Part shown: positions 10,240-21,519 of the stretch, piece after piece | Position numbering within the stretch: position 1 is the first letter of the stretch | Layout of the letters: each line of letters opens with the position of its first letter | Assembly (NCBI GenBank): GCA_032718475.1 | Contig: JAUCBJ010007752.1 | Coordinates: forward strand, 26,544 to 90,543 | Source of the DNA: Nemertoderma westbladi | Taxonomy: Eukaryota > Animalia > Xenacoelomorpha | Length of the DNA: 64,000 nucleotides | Reading direction: 5' to 3' | Notes under the pieces: generated by a model | Database searches by the model: none | What the model was told of the DNA's origin: nothing | The model's input: the letters and a program-made list of their open reading frames with translations, nothing else | Position numbers and translations under genes: made by a program

Positions 10240-13200
10240 ATGAGTGACAAACAAGACTATACGAAGAATACACCTACCGACTATGACTCATGTGACGCGG
10301 ATAAGTCAGCAGCGGAAGAACAACAGGGGAAGACTCGCGAGCCTACCGAACCTACACCGTGTGCGTCACCAGTACATCCAACGGGAGTACCGGATGCCGT
10401 AGTACGAGGCGACGGCAGGACCGAGGACTTTCTAACTGTTCCGCAACCTAGATACAGGGAAACGGAATTGGTAAGTTCAGCAGGAAGCACAGAAAGTGTG
10501 GTTAGAAGCGTCGGTGGATACATGGCGCATATAACCAGGAGTATTGGAGAAGGCCAACGCATATTAGACGAGTTGACCGCTCCGATGTCTCGATTCGAGT
10601 TCTACACCCTCCAGGTTAGAGTACAAAGTAGAGTACACAAGTCCGTAGATAACCTAATTGGTCTACAAGATCTAGCTAGACAGAGACAGGACATGGATAC
10701 TCAACTTAGAATCCTCGAGAAACTAATGATCGCTAGGGAGAAACTGATTCAGTTTAAGTCGACGATTAGACAGATACAACAGGAACAAGCGGACCAGTTG
10801 TTAGGTGAGTCAGTTTCGGACGAATTATTACAGCCCGAGGAAGAACAGGAACTGTACCGACTGGATGGACAATTGAAACACCTGACGGATCACTTACGCA
10901 TGTGCGGCGAGGACGTCGGAGATTGGGAAACCGTGCCGGAGGCTACGAGGGAAACTTCGCTCGCACAAATCGAACTGGCACCGGGAACACTAAATCAATC
11001 ACTGGTGAGTATTCGTAGCGAAATCTGCGAAGGAAGTATGGTCACGTCAGAAGTCGCTCGACAACAGCAAGAATTCTGCCGACAACGACGAGAAATGGAG
11101 GAACAAGCTCAACTTCTAGTGATGCAGGCGGCAGTAGAAGAAGAGAAGCTACGCGTTGCGAACGTAGAGAGAATCTCTCATTTACAAGAACAAGCTGAAT
11201 TAGAAGCAGCTGAAGTAGAAAGGTTAGAGGTAGACATTGCCCAACAAACGGCAGCGGCTGATTTAGCGCAACGAAACGCAGCGGCAGAATTAGAGCGACA
11301 AACGGCAGCGGCGGAATTAGCGCAACGAAACGCAGCGGCAGAATTAGAGCGAGAACGGTTAGTTTCGGAAGCACGGGCCGAAATGAAAACACGGCAAATA
11401 AAAGCTCAATCCGCTATACGACAAGCAGAGTTTGAGGCGCAACGACAACAAACGGAACAACGAGAGAAGACAGCTAAACTTCATTTCGAACTCGAGAAGA
11501 AGGCGAGAGAATTAGCGAACGCCGAGGAAGATCTGGATCAAAAGGCCCGCGATCGATCGATGAGATCTCGTGACGGACATGATTTGGACCAGTTAGAGGT
11601 AAGACATCGCCAAATTCAGGAACGGAAGAAGGAAGGAAGCGTAGGAGCACCCGGACGGGAACGACAATTAGTAAAAGACGTGTGTCAACGATTCCCACAG
11701 GTAACTCATATGTTTGCACCGGTTACGACTAAGGAACCTGTTTCGATTGCTGGTAGTAGTAATATTTCTCCTATCCATGGTGCGACGGAACACAGGTTTG
11801 TTATTCCGGACAAGTTTACACCGCCAAGAGCAACGTCGTCGCCTATTTTGAAAGTCAAGGTAAGTAACCCACCGATTACAGATCGTAGTAGTTTATTGAC
11901 CGGACCTGCGCTACTGACGACAAAACAGGTGAGTCCACCTTTGACACCTAAACCCGTTACACACTACGCTTACCCAATGACGTTTCGACCTACAAGGCCA
12001 GTTGTTTCAAATGCTGTCATTCGCCCACCGATTCAGTTTACATCGCAATCTACGACTTCGAGGAAGACTTGTGAGCCTACCGAACAACGGAGACCAGTGG
12101 ATACGCGACCGCTCAATCAGTTTACATCGCAATCTACGACTTCGAGGAAGACTTGTGAGCCTACCGAACAACGGAGATCAGTGGACGATGTTCCGAGACG
12201 GAATGTTAGAATTCGTACGACGCAACGGACGCGAGCACGTCGACCACCATATCCAGATGATAGTAGTACTTCGAGCGAATCGGATTACCCGAAACGCGAG
12301 GTATTTAGAACAGGGGCGGCCGATGAATATAAACGCGAGCGTTCAGACAACTCCTTTGCAGACAATCCTCCACAGAATACACCAACACAGAAGGCGTTAC
12401 AACCAACGGACGCAATTAGTACACAACAGTTCGCCGACATTCTGCGACCAGTTGTCAATAAGTTGGCTCAGATCGAGGAACGTCTGGAGGAAGGTTACAC
12501 CGACAGTTCGAGAAATTCCGAATTCGAACACAATAGACACCCGAAGGAACCACAAAGACCGGTACCTTCAAACCCCACATCGAATCAGGGAAAAGCGCCA
12601 AGAAGGGATATCAACAAGGTTACCAACCAAGGACGCGAAACTCTGAACGTTGCCGAGGAGATAGCGAAATTCGCAGCCAGACAGGGATTGCCGGTACAAC
12701 AACCACCAAAGTTTTCCGGTAGCTCAAAACACTGGCATACTTTCGTAGACTATATCGAATCCCAGATCGCCGTGTGCGCCTTTACATCACGGGAGAAGTT
12801 CAATTACCTGCTTCAAACGTTGTCAGGAGAACCTAAACGTTTGGCAGAGACCTTCGTTGGTGTACCGGACGCTTTCGAACTAGCGTACGATCGTTTAACT
12901 TCGATATACGGAGGTACAGTTAGTATGGCCAGGTCAGTAATAGAGGAACTCTGTAAGGGAGGGGCTATCACTAAACCCGTCGACTTATTAAAACTAGCTG
13001 ACGAGATCAAGAACGCTATCACAACTTTAAGATCCATTGGACAACTTGATTACGGGAATACCCCTACAGTCCTATTAAAGATCATAGGACGACTCCACCA
13101 TCGACTTCGTCGGGAGTGGAGAAAGGTTGAATACCAGCGAGAAGAGCGGGGAGGATTCTTAAAATTAGAAGATGTGTACCTTTTAATATCCAGGGAGGCA

Positions 13201-16200
13201 GTAGTAGAAACTAGATCTAACTACACCGACCAGCACATCGTGGCAGAAGGAATCACATTGCCATCCTCCAACCGACAAAAACCCCAGACAACATCCACCA
13301 AGACGGCCACTTACGCCACACCGACGGAATCACGACAATTCTCGGACGGTAGTAGGGTATCTGCGCCCATTGGGACAAAACAGACGAGACAGCAACTTGG
13401 TACCGACTTCAGTGGCTGCCAATACTGCGAGCATCTAGGCAAGCGGTATATCGGTCACAAGTTGAGGGGTTGTCGACAGTTTCGCGAGTTGAACTCGGAA
13501 GAACGGCGGCTGCAAATACGGCCATTGGACTCTTGTTGGCGGTGTACGCGACACGGACACGTCCGTAAGGATTGCCCAAATACTGACACTTGTCCATCCT
13601 GTGGACGCAACCACGACGGTCTGCTCCACACAGACAGCCACACGCCGACGAAACGCTTCGCCAGGGAACACCCGGAAGCAGCAGCGAGATGTGATGCGGC
13701 CTACCGAAAACGAGAATCGAAAACGACTCCAACCTTCGTGACCCATATTGAGGATTGCTTCTCAGAACAATCCGGATCGTCGGACGAAGAATCAGAAGAC
13801 GACGACGAATATTCCAATGGAGACGAACAACCGTCGATCGCGCTTCTGACCACTGACCAACTGAAGGGATTCAGTGTAATCCCGATTAAGATCACTGGCA
13901 CAAAGGGGAGTAAGAGGATCTACGCGATTCTAGATTCAGCCTCATCTCACAGTTACGTGGATGAAAAGATAGCTGACGTCGTGACGGATCTCAGACAAGG
14001 TAAGCACGTCAGTTATACAGTAAGTAGTATGCACGGACAGCGTGCAATACCAGTGACACGAGTTAAGTTGGACTTAGACTCTCTTCTTCCGAAATCGCAA
14101 CACAGCGAGAGGGAGAGGTCTTTGTTGCCCTTTAAAGATCTAACCTTTGCGGCCACGAAGGACTTTAGTAACCTACTAGGTCCAGTGCCGGAACAATCTC
14201 TAGAGGACCGTAAGTATTTCAGACACCTTGGTGTACCCGAATGTCCTGTCAATTATAGATCGGTAGCAATGCTGATCGGGACAGACCAATTCAACCTACA
14301 TCAGGTGTGGGAAACCAGACCATCGGCAGTCGTAGCGGGAAACGCATACGCCTGCAGAACGCCGATAGGGTGGTATACTCGAGCGCCTGTGCGCACACTA
14401 GACGTAAGTGACGAGGAAGACGATGTACAGAGTACATGTAGTTTATTAACTACAAATTCAATTCATTCCTTTTCACACGACGTGAACCATACTACACTAC
14501 AGTCGACAAAACATGACAGACGTGTAACTAGTATGATAAGTCACAAAGAGCAGCTAATCCACAAGGTGAGTTTAGAACTTGGGGAGAAGACGAGTCAGCT
14601 AGAGATTCCATCGACGACAGATGATAGGCTTGCAAGTCTACCTACCCCAATAACCTCAACAGTGCCCGTCGATATCGATGATGACGCGTTGAAAATTCAT
14701 CAGTTGGAACAAGCCGCTTTGGACAAGGAATTAACGGAGAAGACTATCAGGTGGTTAGAACAAGATACAGCTGAACCTGGTAGCTACGAACCTTGTATGT
14801 CGGAACAGGAGAAACAATCTCTGAAGATCATGGAAGATACTATCCACCAGACGAAAGACGGACATTATGAGGTAGGGATGTTATGGCGTAGCCAAAGCCC
14901 TAAACTCATAAACAACTATCCACTAGCCTTGAGACGTCTACACTCAATACGGCAACGTCTATTAAAGGACGAGAAAGCCCATCTGCAGTACAACACCCAG
15001 ATGGAGACGTATTTGACTAAAGGATACGCTATCCGAATGACGAACCCGGAGATAGTGACTGACCAAACATATTACTTGCCACATCACTATGTGAGACACC
15101 CCGACAAACCAGACAAAGTACGCGTAGTCAACGACTGTGCGGCTCTGTTTGAGGGAATGTCCCTCAATAGTGAGTTGATGGATGGACCAAACATGAATAA
15201 TTATCTAATGGGGGTGATTATGCGCTTCCGTCAGCGTCAGGTAGCTTTTACTTGCGACGTTGAAGCGATGTTTCACCAAGTGAAAGCGTTAGAGCGAGAC
15301 AGAGACAGTTTGCGGTTCCTCTGGTATCCGGAAGGGGACTTAAGTCTACCACCAGCGACTTACCAAATGCAAGTTCGCGTTTTCGGTGCCAGAGACAGCC
15401 CAAATTGCACGATGTACGCCCTAAAACAAGCCGCTAGAGATCAGAAACATCTATATGACCCAGAGATAATTAAAATCGTAGAACGTGACTTTTACGTAGA
15501 CGACGGATTACAAAGTTGCGACACAGTAGAACGTGCTACAACAGTAGCACATCAATTACGGGACTGCTTGGCGGGCGGAGGTTTTAACCTCACCAAATTC
15601 GCCTCAAACAGTGCCGAATTAGTAGACTCATTCGGGACAACTGAGCGTGGAGGTGGTGACATAGACCTAGAGTTTGAACCACTACCGACGACTAAGGTGT
15701 TGGGGCTCTTTTGGGACCCAAACACAGACAACTTTCGAGTGAAAGTGAGACTGGACAGTCAAGAGAACACACTGACAAAGAGATCATGCTTGTCAAAGTT
15801 GAGCCGATTGTTCGATCCGTTAGGATTCATCAGTCCAGTGATACTGCAAGCCCGCATTTATATGCGCAGTATATGGAAGGATGGACTGACATGGGACGAG
15901 CCGATCTCATCAGACCAAGTGGACTTATGGAAAACCTGGGAGACGGAATTATCTTCGCTAGAGGATTATTCCATACCCAGAGTTTACTTTCCATTACAAA
16001 GTACATTTCCTGACAACTTGGAACTACACTGTTTTTCTGACGCCAGTGACAACGGTTTTGGTGTGGCAGCGTACTTGCGCAGACAAGTAGACTCAGACGA
16101 GTTCGATGTTTCGCTCATTACTTCTAAGGCTAAGACCATGCCTACTAAGTATATGACGACACCACGAGCTGAGCTACAAGCCGCAACCCTGTCAACCACC

Positions 16201-18861
16201 ATCGTGAACCTCATACAGACAGAACTACAGTCGAGTTTACAGATATTTTATTGGACTGACGCGACGTTGGTTTTATTTTACATAAACAACGACACACTCG
16301 AATTCAAGACATTCGTTGCTAACCGTCGCGCGGAAATTCTAGACCGTTCAATAAAAGAGGATTGGCGACATTGTCCCGGACCACAAAACCCAGCTGATAT
16401 TGCGTCGCGAGGAATGATGCCTGAGGAATTCTGTAAACCGCAGAACAAAGAATTTTGGCAACACGGACCCCAATTCTTGCAGAAATCGACACAAGATTGG
16501 CCACCATTATACGACAACAAGTCTAACACTATCCCTAAGGACGCCGAAATCAAGAAACCAAAAAAGGGGAAGACAAAGAAAAGGACGACGGCGGCAAAAC
16601 TCAAGAAAAAACCGAAGGCGAAATGGAAAGATATAACTTCAAAGGTCAAGAGAGGAAGACTTGCGAGCCTTTCTACACCAGACATATCGCCAGACGGTCA
16701 ACCAGACACGTTACCAGACGGTCAACAAGACACGTTACTAGACGGTCAATCAGACATTCTACCAGACATTAGTAACGCATTGACAAACAGTAAAGCCGCA
16801 GTTTCTCTATTGGAGCGGCCTTCTATCGACAAACAACCAGATACGTTACCAGACGTATCGCCAGACACATTACTAGACAGTCGACTAGACACTAGTAACA
16901 TACTGACAAATAGTGAAGCCGCAGTTTCCCTATTGGAGCGGCCTTGTATTGACAAACTACCAATTTTGACACACTTGAGCAACCATAAGCACGGTGAAAC
17001 CTCATGTATTACAGATGTGGGTAGTACCTACGCTAATGTAAATACAGGTGTTACTTTGCGCTCAAGAGACATACCGAACTTGCAACCTATGGTGAGACCT
17101 GGGATTAATGTCGGCAGAAAAATAAGTTTACCGAAACCTGCTGACCCCATAGAGTTCAAACCACCATTAACGATCGACTTACAAAGTACTGACGATCAAG
17201 GTAAGAAGACGAAGAAGGACAAATTACTTGTAGACCCGGACGGATCAACAGTCAACAAGGGAATACTTACCGGCGGACCCGTGGGCCCTTCTAGTAATTC
17301 AAAACCTTCCAAGTTCTCCATTGACTTACCTGATGACGTCACAAATACTTACGTCGACCGTATTGTAAACTTAACAGATTCTTGGACAAACGCTTGCCGA
17401 AAATTAGCGTGGATTGTACGTTTTGTACAATACGTTAAAGGCAAACGTGACTTTACACGTCGACTTACATTGGCTGAGATTGACAGGTGTGAGATTAAAT
17501 TAATTCGCCATTACCAACTGCGATATTTCGCGCGCGAATTCACATCTATAAGTCAAGGTCAATCAATCAAGTCGTCACCAATACTGAGTTGGAGTCCGAT
17601 TATTTATAATGGCTTAATTTGTCATAAATCTCGGCTTCAAAACATTGACTTTAACACAAACTTTAGGTACCCAATAATAATACCGCAACACCACGAACTA
17701 CAACGTGCAATGATACTGGACGCACATCTACATCTGAAACACGCTGGAAGACACCACTGTCTTTCCTACTTACGTACTAGATTTGTATTAATTAGACCCA
17801 GTAAAGCGTTAAGTTCAGTGACACGTACGTGTATTATTTGTAAAAAGGTACATTCTAGAATAGGTACCCAAGAAATGAGTGAACTACCACAAGCACAACT
17901 TCAAGCATTCAGACCACCTTTTACCGAGACTGGAATTGATTGCTTTGGTCCCATACATACGAAACGTGGACGTATACTAGTAAAACGCTGGGGACTGATT
18001 TTCACATGTATGTCCAGTAGGGCAGTTCATATTGAACGTGTGATGGATCTTTCCACCAACACGTTTATACTAGCACTGCGGCGATTTATCGCTAGACGCG
18101 GACTAGTGAAATGCTTGTACTCAGACCAAGGGACAAACTTTGTTGGTGCTCGAAATGAGATTGCTAGAGCCTTTAAGAAATTAGATCATGATCAAATCTC
18201 GAACGAACTGCAACCTCACAAGATTGTTTGGAAGTTCAATCCTCCAGATAGTCCATGGAGAGGCGGAGTCTGGGAGAGATTGATTAGATCTATAAAGACG
18301 GCAATGGCAAAGGTCATTCCAGTAAACCACATACTGACAGACGACCAACTGACAACATTGTTTGTTGAAATCGAGGCAATACTAAATACTAGACCAATAG
18401 TATTAGTACCCGATGACAAACAATCTCAGTTCGCTTTGACACCGGCACACCTGCTTATGCAGGCACCGACTACTTTGACGCCGATTTCTATTCCAATAGA
18501 AAGCGACAGCTACGGTAGAAAAGCGTGGAAAATCACGCAACTACTGGCTAACAAATTCTGGGAAATATGGCAAAACCATTATTTGCCCTCTATTTCTGCC
18601 AGAACAAACTGGTACAATAACACCCGCGCATTAAAGCCGGGAGATCACGTGCTGTTAGCGGAAGTGAATCTAAAAAGACGCTTCTGGATAACAGGTGTAA
18701 TTTTAGCCACACATCCATCTATGGATGGAGTGACAAGAACTGTGACAGTACGGACAATTGACGGTCGTACAGTAGACAGACCGACTCAACGTCTCGTACT
18801 CCTTGAAGAGACTCGTAACGAGTCTGGAGACTACAAATCTCCACCTAATACTAGTAAATAA
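10240..18861 (+). CDS. BEL/Pao Gag-Pol polyprotein (Gag, 3 Zn knuckles, PR, RT, RNase H, IN)
   Basis: CWRCTRHGHVRKDC and CPSCGRNHDGLLH; ILDSASSHSY (PR); YLPHH, RVVNDCAA, FYVDD (RT); LHCFSDAS, NPADIASRG (RNase H); GIDCFGP, SDQGTNF, GGVWERL (IN). Confidence 0.97.
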   Translation: MSDKQDYTKNTPTDYDSCDADKSAAEEQQGKTREPTEPTPCASPVHPTGVPDAVVRGDGRTEDFLTVPQPRYRETELVSSAGSTESVVRSVGGYMAHITRSIGEGQRILDELTAPMSRFEFYTLQVRVQSRVHKSVDNLIGLQDLARQRQDMDTQLRILEKLMIAREKLIQFKSTIRQIQQEQADQLLGESVSDELLQPEEEQELYRLDGQLKHLTDHLRMCGEDVGDWETVPEATRETSLAQIELAPGTLNQSLVSIRSEICEGSMVTSEVARQQQEFCRQRREMEEQAQLLVMQAAVEEEKLRVANVERISHLQEQAELEAAEVERLEVDIAQQTAAADLAQRNAAAELERQTAAAELAQRNAAAELERERLVSEARAEMKTRQIKAQSAIRQAEFEAQRQQTEQREKTAKLHFELEKKARELANAEEDLDQKARDRSMRSRDGHDLDQLEVRHRQIQERKKEGSVGAPGRERQLVKDVCQRFPQVTHMFAPVTTKEPVSIAGSSNISPIHGATEHRFVIPDKFTPPRATSSPILKVKVSNPPITDRSSLLTGPALLTTKQVSPPLTPKPVTHYAYPMTFRPTRPVVSNAVIRPPIQFTSQSTTSRKTCEPTEQRRPVDTRPLNQFTSQSTTSRKTCEPTEQRRSVDDVPRRNVRIRTTQRTRARRPPYPDDSSTSSESDYPKREVFRTGAADEYKRERSDNSFADNPPQNTPTQKALQPTDAISTQQFADILRPVVNKLAQIEERLEEGYTDSSRNSEFEHNRHPKEPQRPVPSNPTSNQGKAPRRDINKVTNQGRETLNVAEEIAKFAARQGLPVQQPPKFSGSSKHWHTFVDYIESQIAVCAFTSREKFNYLLQTLSGEPKRLAETFVGVPDAFELAYDRLTSIYGGTVSMARSVIEELCKGGAITKPVDLLKLADEIKNAITTLRSIGQLDYGNTPTVLLKIIGRLHHRLRREWRKVEYQREERGGFLKLEDVYLLISREAVVETRSNYTDQHIVAEGITLPSSNRQKPQTTSTKTATYATPTESRQFSDGSRVSAPIGTKQTRQQLGTDFSGCQYCEHLGKRYIGHKLRGCRQFRELNSEERRLQIRPLDSCWRCTRHGHVRKDCPNTDTCPSCGRNHDGLLHTDSHTPTKRFAREHPEAAARCDAAYRKRESKTTPTFVTHIEDCFSEQSGSSDEESEDDDEYSNGDEQPSIALLTTDQLKGFSVIPIKITGTKGSKRIYAILDSASSHSYVDEKIADVVTDLRQGKHVSYTVSSMHGQRAIPVTRVKLDLDSLLPKSQHSERERSLLPFKDLTFAATKDFSNLLGPVPEQSLEDRKYFRHLGVPECPVNYRSVAMLIGTDQFNLHQVWETRPSAVVAGNAYACRTPIGWYTRAPVRTLDVSDEEDDVQSTCSLLTTNSIHSFSHDVNHTTLQSTKHDRRVTSMISHKEQLIHKVSLELGEKTSQLEIPSTTDDRLASLPTPITSTVPVDIDDDALKIHQLEQAALDKELTEKTIRWLEQDTAEPGSYEPCMSEQEKQSLKIMEDTIHQTKDGHYEVGMLWRSQSPKLINNYPLALRRLHSIRQRLLKDEKAHLQYNTQMETYLTKGYAIRMTNPEIVTDQTYYLPHHYVRHPDKPDKVRVVNDCAALFEGMSLNSELMDGPNMNNYLMGVIMRFRQRQVAFTCDVEAMFHQVKALERDRDSLRFLWYPEGDLSLPPATYQMQVRVFGARDSPNCTMYALKQAARDQKHLYDPEIIKIVERDFYVDDGLQSCDTVERATTVAHQLRDCLAGGGFNLTKFASNSAELVDSFGTTERGGGDIDLEFEPLPTTKVLGLFWDPNTDNFRVKVRLDSQENTLTKRSCLSKLSRLFDPLGFISPVILQARIYMRSIWKDGLTWDEPISSDQVDLWKTWETELSSLEDYSIPRVYFPLQSTFPDNLELHCFSDASDNGFGVAAYLRRQVDSDEFDVSLITSKAKTMPTKYMTTPRAELQAATLSTTIVNLIQTELQSSLQIFYWTDATLVLFYINNDTLEFKTFVANRRAEILDRSIKEDWRHCPGPQNPADIASRGMMPEEFCKPQNKEFWQHGPQFLQKSTQDWPPLYDNKSNTIPKDAEIKKPKKGKTKKRTTAAKLKKKPKAKWKDITSKVKRGRLASLSTPDISPDGQPDTLPDGQQDTLLDGQSDILPDISNALTNSKAAVSLLERPSIDKQPDTLPDVSPDTLLDSRLDTSNILTNSEAAVSLLERPCIDKLPILTHLSNHKHGETSCITDVGSTYANVNTGVTLRSRDIPNLQPMVRPGINVGRKISLPKPADPIEFKPPLTIDLQSTDDQGKKTKKDKLLVDPDGSTVNKGILTGGPVGPSSNSKPSKFSIDLPDDVTNTYVDRIVNLTDSWTNACRKLAWIVRFVQYVKGKRDFTRRLTLAEIDRCEIKLIRHYQLRYFAREFTSISQGQSIKSSPILSWSPIIYNGLICHKSRLQNIDFNTNFRYPIIIPQHHELQRAMILDAHLHLKHAGRHHCLSYLRTRFVLIRPSKALSSVTRTCIICKKVHSRIGTQEMSELPQAQLQAFRPPFTETGIDCFGPIHTKRGRILVKRWGLIFTCMSSRAVHIERVMDLSTNTFILALRRFIARRGLVKCLYSDQGTNFVGARNEIARAFKKLDHDQISNELQPHKIVWKFNPPDSPWRGGVWERLIRSIKTAMAKVIPVNHILTDDQLTTLFVEIEAILNTRPIVLVPDDKQSQFALTPAHLLMQAPTTLTPISIPIESDSYGRKAWKITQLLANKFWEIWQNHYLPSISARTNWYNNTRALKPGDHVLLAEVNLKRRFWITGVILATHPSMDGVTRTVTVRTIDGRTVDRPTQRLVLLEETRNESGDYKSPPNTSK

Positions 18862-19518
18862 TTAGGAGTTTACAAATAGATTTCCACGTACCTGTACACT
18901 GTAGTAAGGACAGCGGTAGAATTCCATTGTCTTTATATGTGAACATTGAGGGTAGTACCCTTATGTGTCACATAGGAGCGGGATTTGTAGGTATAAGAAA
19001 TGGAATTCTACTTGGAACTCACAATATTGAGACATTTTCGAAATTTTAGACAATCCATTTGGATTTGAAAAATTTTTAAAATTTTCTCCAGTGAATAGAT
19101 TTCAGGGTACAGTCGGGTGGAACTTAAAATTAGAGAAACAAGAGAGGAAGACTTGCGAGCCTTTCTTAAAATTTTAATTAAATTTTACACGGTCTTGTTT
19201 CAATAAGTTACGTCAAAATAGACTCCCCTATATTTATTACTAATTCTTGACTGCTTATTTTCTGATAATAGTTTGGGATCAAAAAGTGAGTATTTTAGAC
19301 TCACGGCCAGTTTAGCCCAAATTCGTTTTTATTTCGGCAAAAATTTTAGATAAGAAGCAGCGTGTCATTAAAGAAACCCTAGATCTTAGGCTATGGGTAG
19401 GAGGTTAGAGCGTTGTCGAGCCCAAAGGGCAGACGAAACTCTCACGTCTCCTCACAACTAACTACAAACTCTGTTGTATTCCCTCTAGTAGTAATGATTA
19501 TGTAACTACACCCTAATT

Positions 19519-20286
19519 ATGGAGAAAGGGATACAAGGAGAGCCGAGATGGGGATATGATATCCAAGAGGAGGCAGCAGCGCCATTCGAAAGATTTGGAG
19601 CCAAGGATTACACTATATTTGGTATAAAAGAATTATCGGAAAGTACAGCGAAACTCGCGAGAACTAAATATGACTCGAATGTATTAAAGAGAAGGCAAAA
19701 CGCATTAAACGAAAGAATCGAAAGTTTGCGCCAAACCTTCAACGAACTTTACCCGTACGATGCTTTGTGTGATACGGGAGACATTAGCGAAGACCCCGAT
19801 ACTGAAATTAGTCGTTTGTATCATACCATGCAATACCTAAAGGCGCACGAACCTATGCCCGCGGTAAGAGATGAATTCGATGGAATGCATCTTTACAGAC
19901 GAACTCGAGGGGACGATAGAGAAACCAAAGAAGCATTTTCAGTTTATAAACTTTATTATCAATGCGGTTCTTGTATGCGCGAACAACGAAATGCGATTCC
20001 AATGCGTTTGAATAAGGAAAATCCCGAACCGATATTGGCGAGGTGTTCGAATCATCAACAACTACGCTACCAGGAAGGAGGGTATCCTTTATCGAATCCA
20101 TATCATTCATTTGCTATGACCGGACCAAAGGCGGGAGAAACTGTCATTTACCCACCTAAGGTTGTTGAACCCGATGTATTTGAACTTACGCTGGATGAGG
20201 CAAATCAGTCAACCCGCGAAAAGAAAGAAGCTCTTAGCCTATACAGAGCCTACAAGGCTTTCGAGAAAGGTGAGATGGAAGAATAG
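19519..20286 (+). CDS. BEL accessory ORF A, unknown function (coiled segment, possible CxxC..C..H)
   Basis: 255-aa ATG ORF inside the element. No evident signal peptide or transmembrane segment. Confidence 0.65.
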   Translation: MEKGIQGEPRWGYDIQEEAAAPFERFGAKDYTIFGIKELSESTAKLARTKYDSNVLKRRQNALNERIESLRQTFNELYPYDALCDTGDISEDPDTEISRLYHTMQYLKAHEPMPAVRDEFDGMHLYRRTRGDDRETKEAFSVYKLYYQCGSCMREQRNAIPMRLNKENPEPILARCSNHQQLRYQEGGYPLSNPYHSFAMTGPKAGETVIYPPKVVEPDVFELTLDEANQSTREKKEALSLYRAYKAFEKGEMEE

Positions 20287-20349
20287 GGTGGAAGACTCGC
20301 GAGCCTACCTTGCCATTGGACGTCACACGATCAAACTCCAGCTAAGGAG

Positions 20350-21519
20350 ATGACACCGGAAGTTTTCGAGAGCATAAACTTTGCTCAAAACGTTATTCAG
20401 AGACTACAGATTGCATCCCCGGAGAGGACAAGAGAAATGCAACCGTATAGTACTTCAACTACGAAACCATTGAGTACGACACTCAATTTCCCTATTAGTA
20501 TACCAGTCCGACAGGATACGACATACGAAATACCCATCGTGGATCATCCAGAAATCATTTCGAACTTGGAGTTTCTTCCTGCAGTTGTTTTCAGCGATAT
20601 GAGTAAGATATATGATTTACGTAGACATATTACTCAAAAGGTCGTGTACAACGTTCCACCTCATATCCAAGATTTTAAGGAACTGGATAGAGCTGGTGCC
20701 GATATAGCTCCGAGTAATCTGAAAGGATATCTAACCAAGACGATTCGTTTATGGATTGGAATCGGAACCTTCGAGTCGGATACAGATATTGCCGCAGATT
20801 GGCGAGGTAAGGTTATTCGCTTCGAAGATGATAAGGATATAGAGAAGATTTGGCAACCTTCGGAAGAATTGTTGGACGAATGGAATAGAACGTTTAGATC
20901 GTTTCAGGAAAACGGTTACATGTTTTACGATAACGAGGGCGGCAGTCATCAGCAGAGTTTGACTTCTAAGACTATACGGATTAGAGCGGCGGACGGAGTC
21001 CTGCACGTTTTCAGTAGACAGAGGAGCGACAAACGAATGCCGATACCTCCAGCGAATACAAAGCGACACCATCTTATCACCGATATAGTAAAGAAGATGG
21101 ACCAAGCTTGTAATATTGACGCTAGAATGCTACCGAAGATGGTAAGAAACATGATTTTAGATAAAACTGTTGTAAAGGTTGGATCAGGAGTAAGGGAGGA
21201 TTTAATTAGCGACTTCGCCGGCATGACGGACAGCGATGACCGACTACCGACACCATACGTCGACACTCGACCTCTTATTCTGTGGTCTATAGAACAGGGA
21301 TATTTTCGTGAGTATAATACTCAGAAGACTGGAACTGGATACATTTCCTACCTGTTATTCAATTGGGATTATAAGGAAAATAAGAGAAACAAGTATATTG
21401 AAACTTATGGAGAAGGTGATACTCCAGATATGAGTGAGTTTAATCACAGCTTAAATGGAGAGGATGCGTGTATTGGGCTATTACGTCACCTCCAAGAGCG
21501 GTCTTACAATATTATTTAG
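20350..21519 (+). CDS. BEL accessory ORF B, divergent WRN/RNase D-like 3'-5' exonuclease fold
   Basis: ILDKTVVKVGSGVREDL..YVDTR..KTGTGYISYLLF resembles the DEDDy Exo II region. The Exo I acidic motif is not clearly canonical. Confidence 0.55.
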   Translation: MTPEVFESINFAQNVIQRLQIASPERTREMQPYSTSTTKPLSTTLNFPISIPVRQDTTYEIPIVDHPEIISNLEFLPAVVFSDMSKIYDLRRHITQKVVYNVPPHIQDFKELDRAGADIAPSNLKGYLTKTIRLWIGIGTFESDTDIAADWRGKVIRFEDDKDIEKIWQPSEELLDEWNRTFRSFQENGYMFYDNEGGSHQQSLTSKTIRIRAADGVLHVFSRQRSDKRMPIPPANTKRHHLITDIVKKMDQACNIDARMLPKMVRNMILDKTVVKVGSGVREDLISDFAGMTDSDDRLPTPYVDTRPLILWSIEQGYFREYNTQKTGTGYISYLLFNWDYKENKRNKYIETYGEGDTPDMSEFNHSLNGEDACIGLLRHLQERSYNII

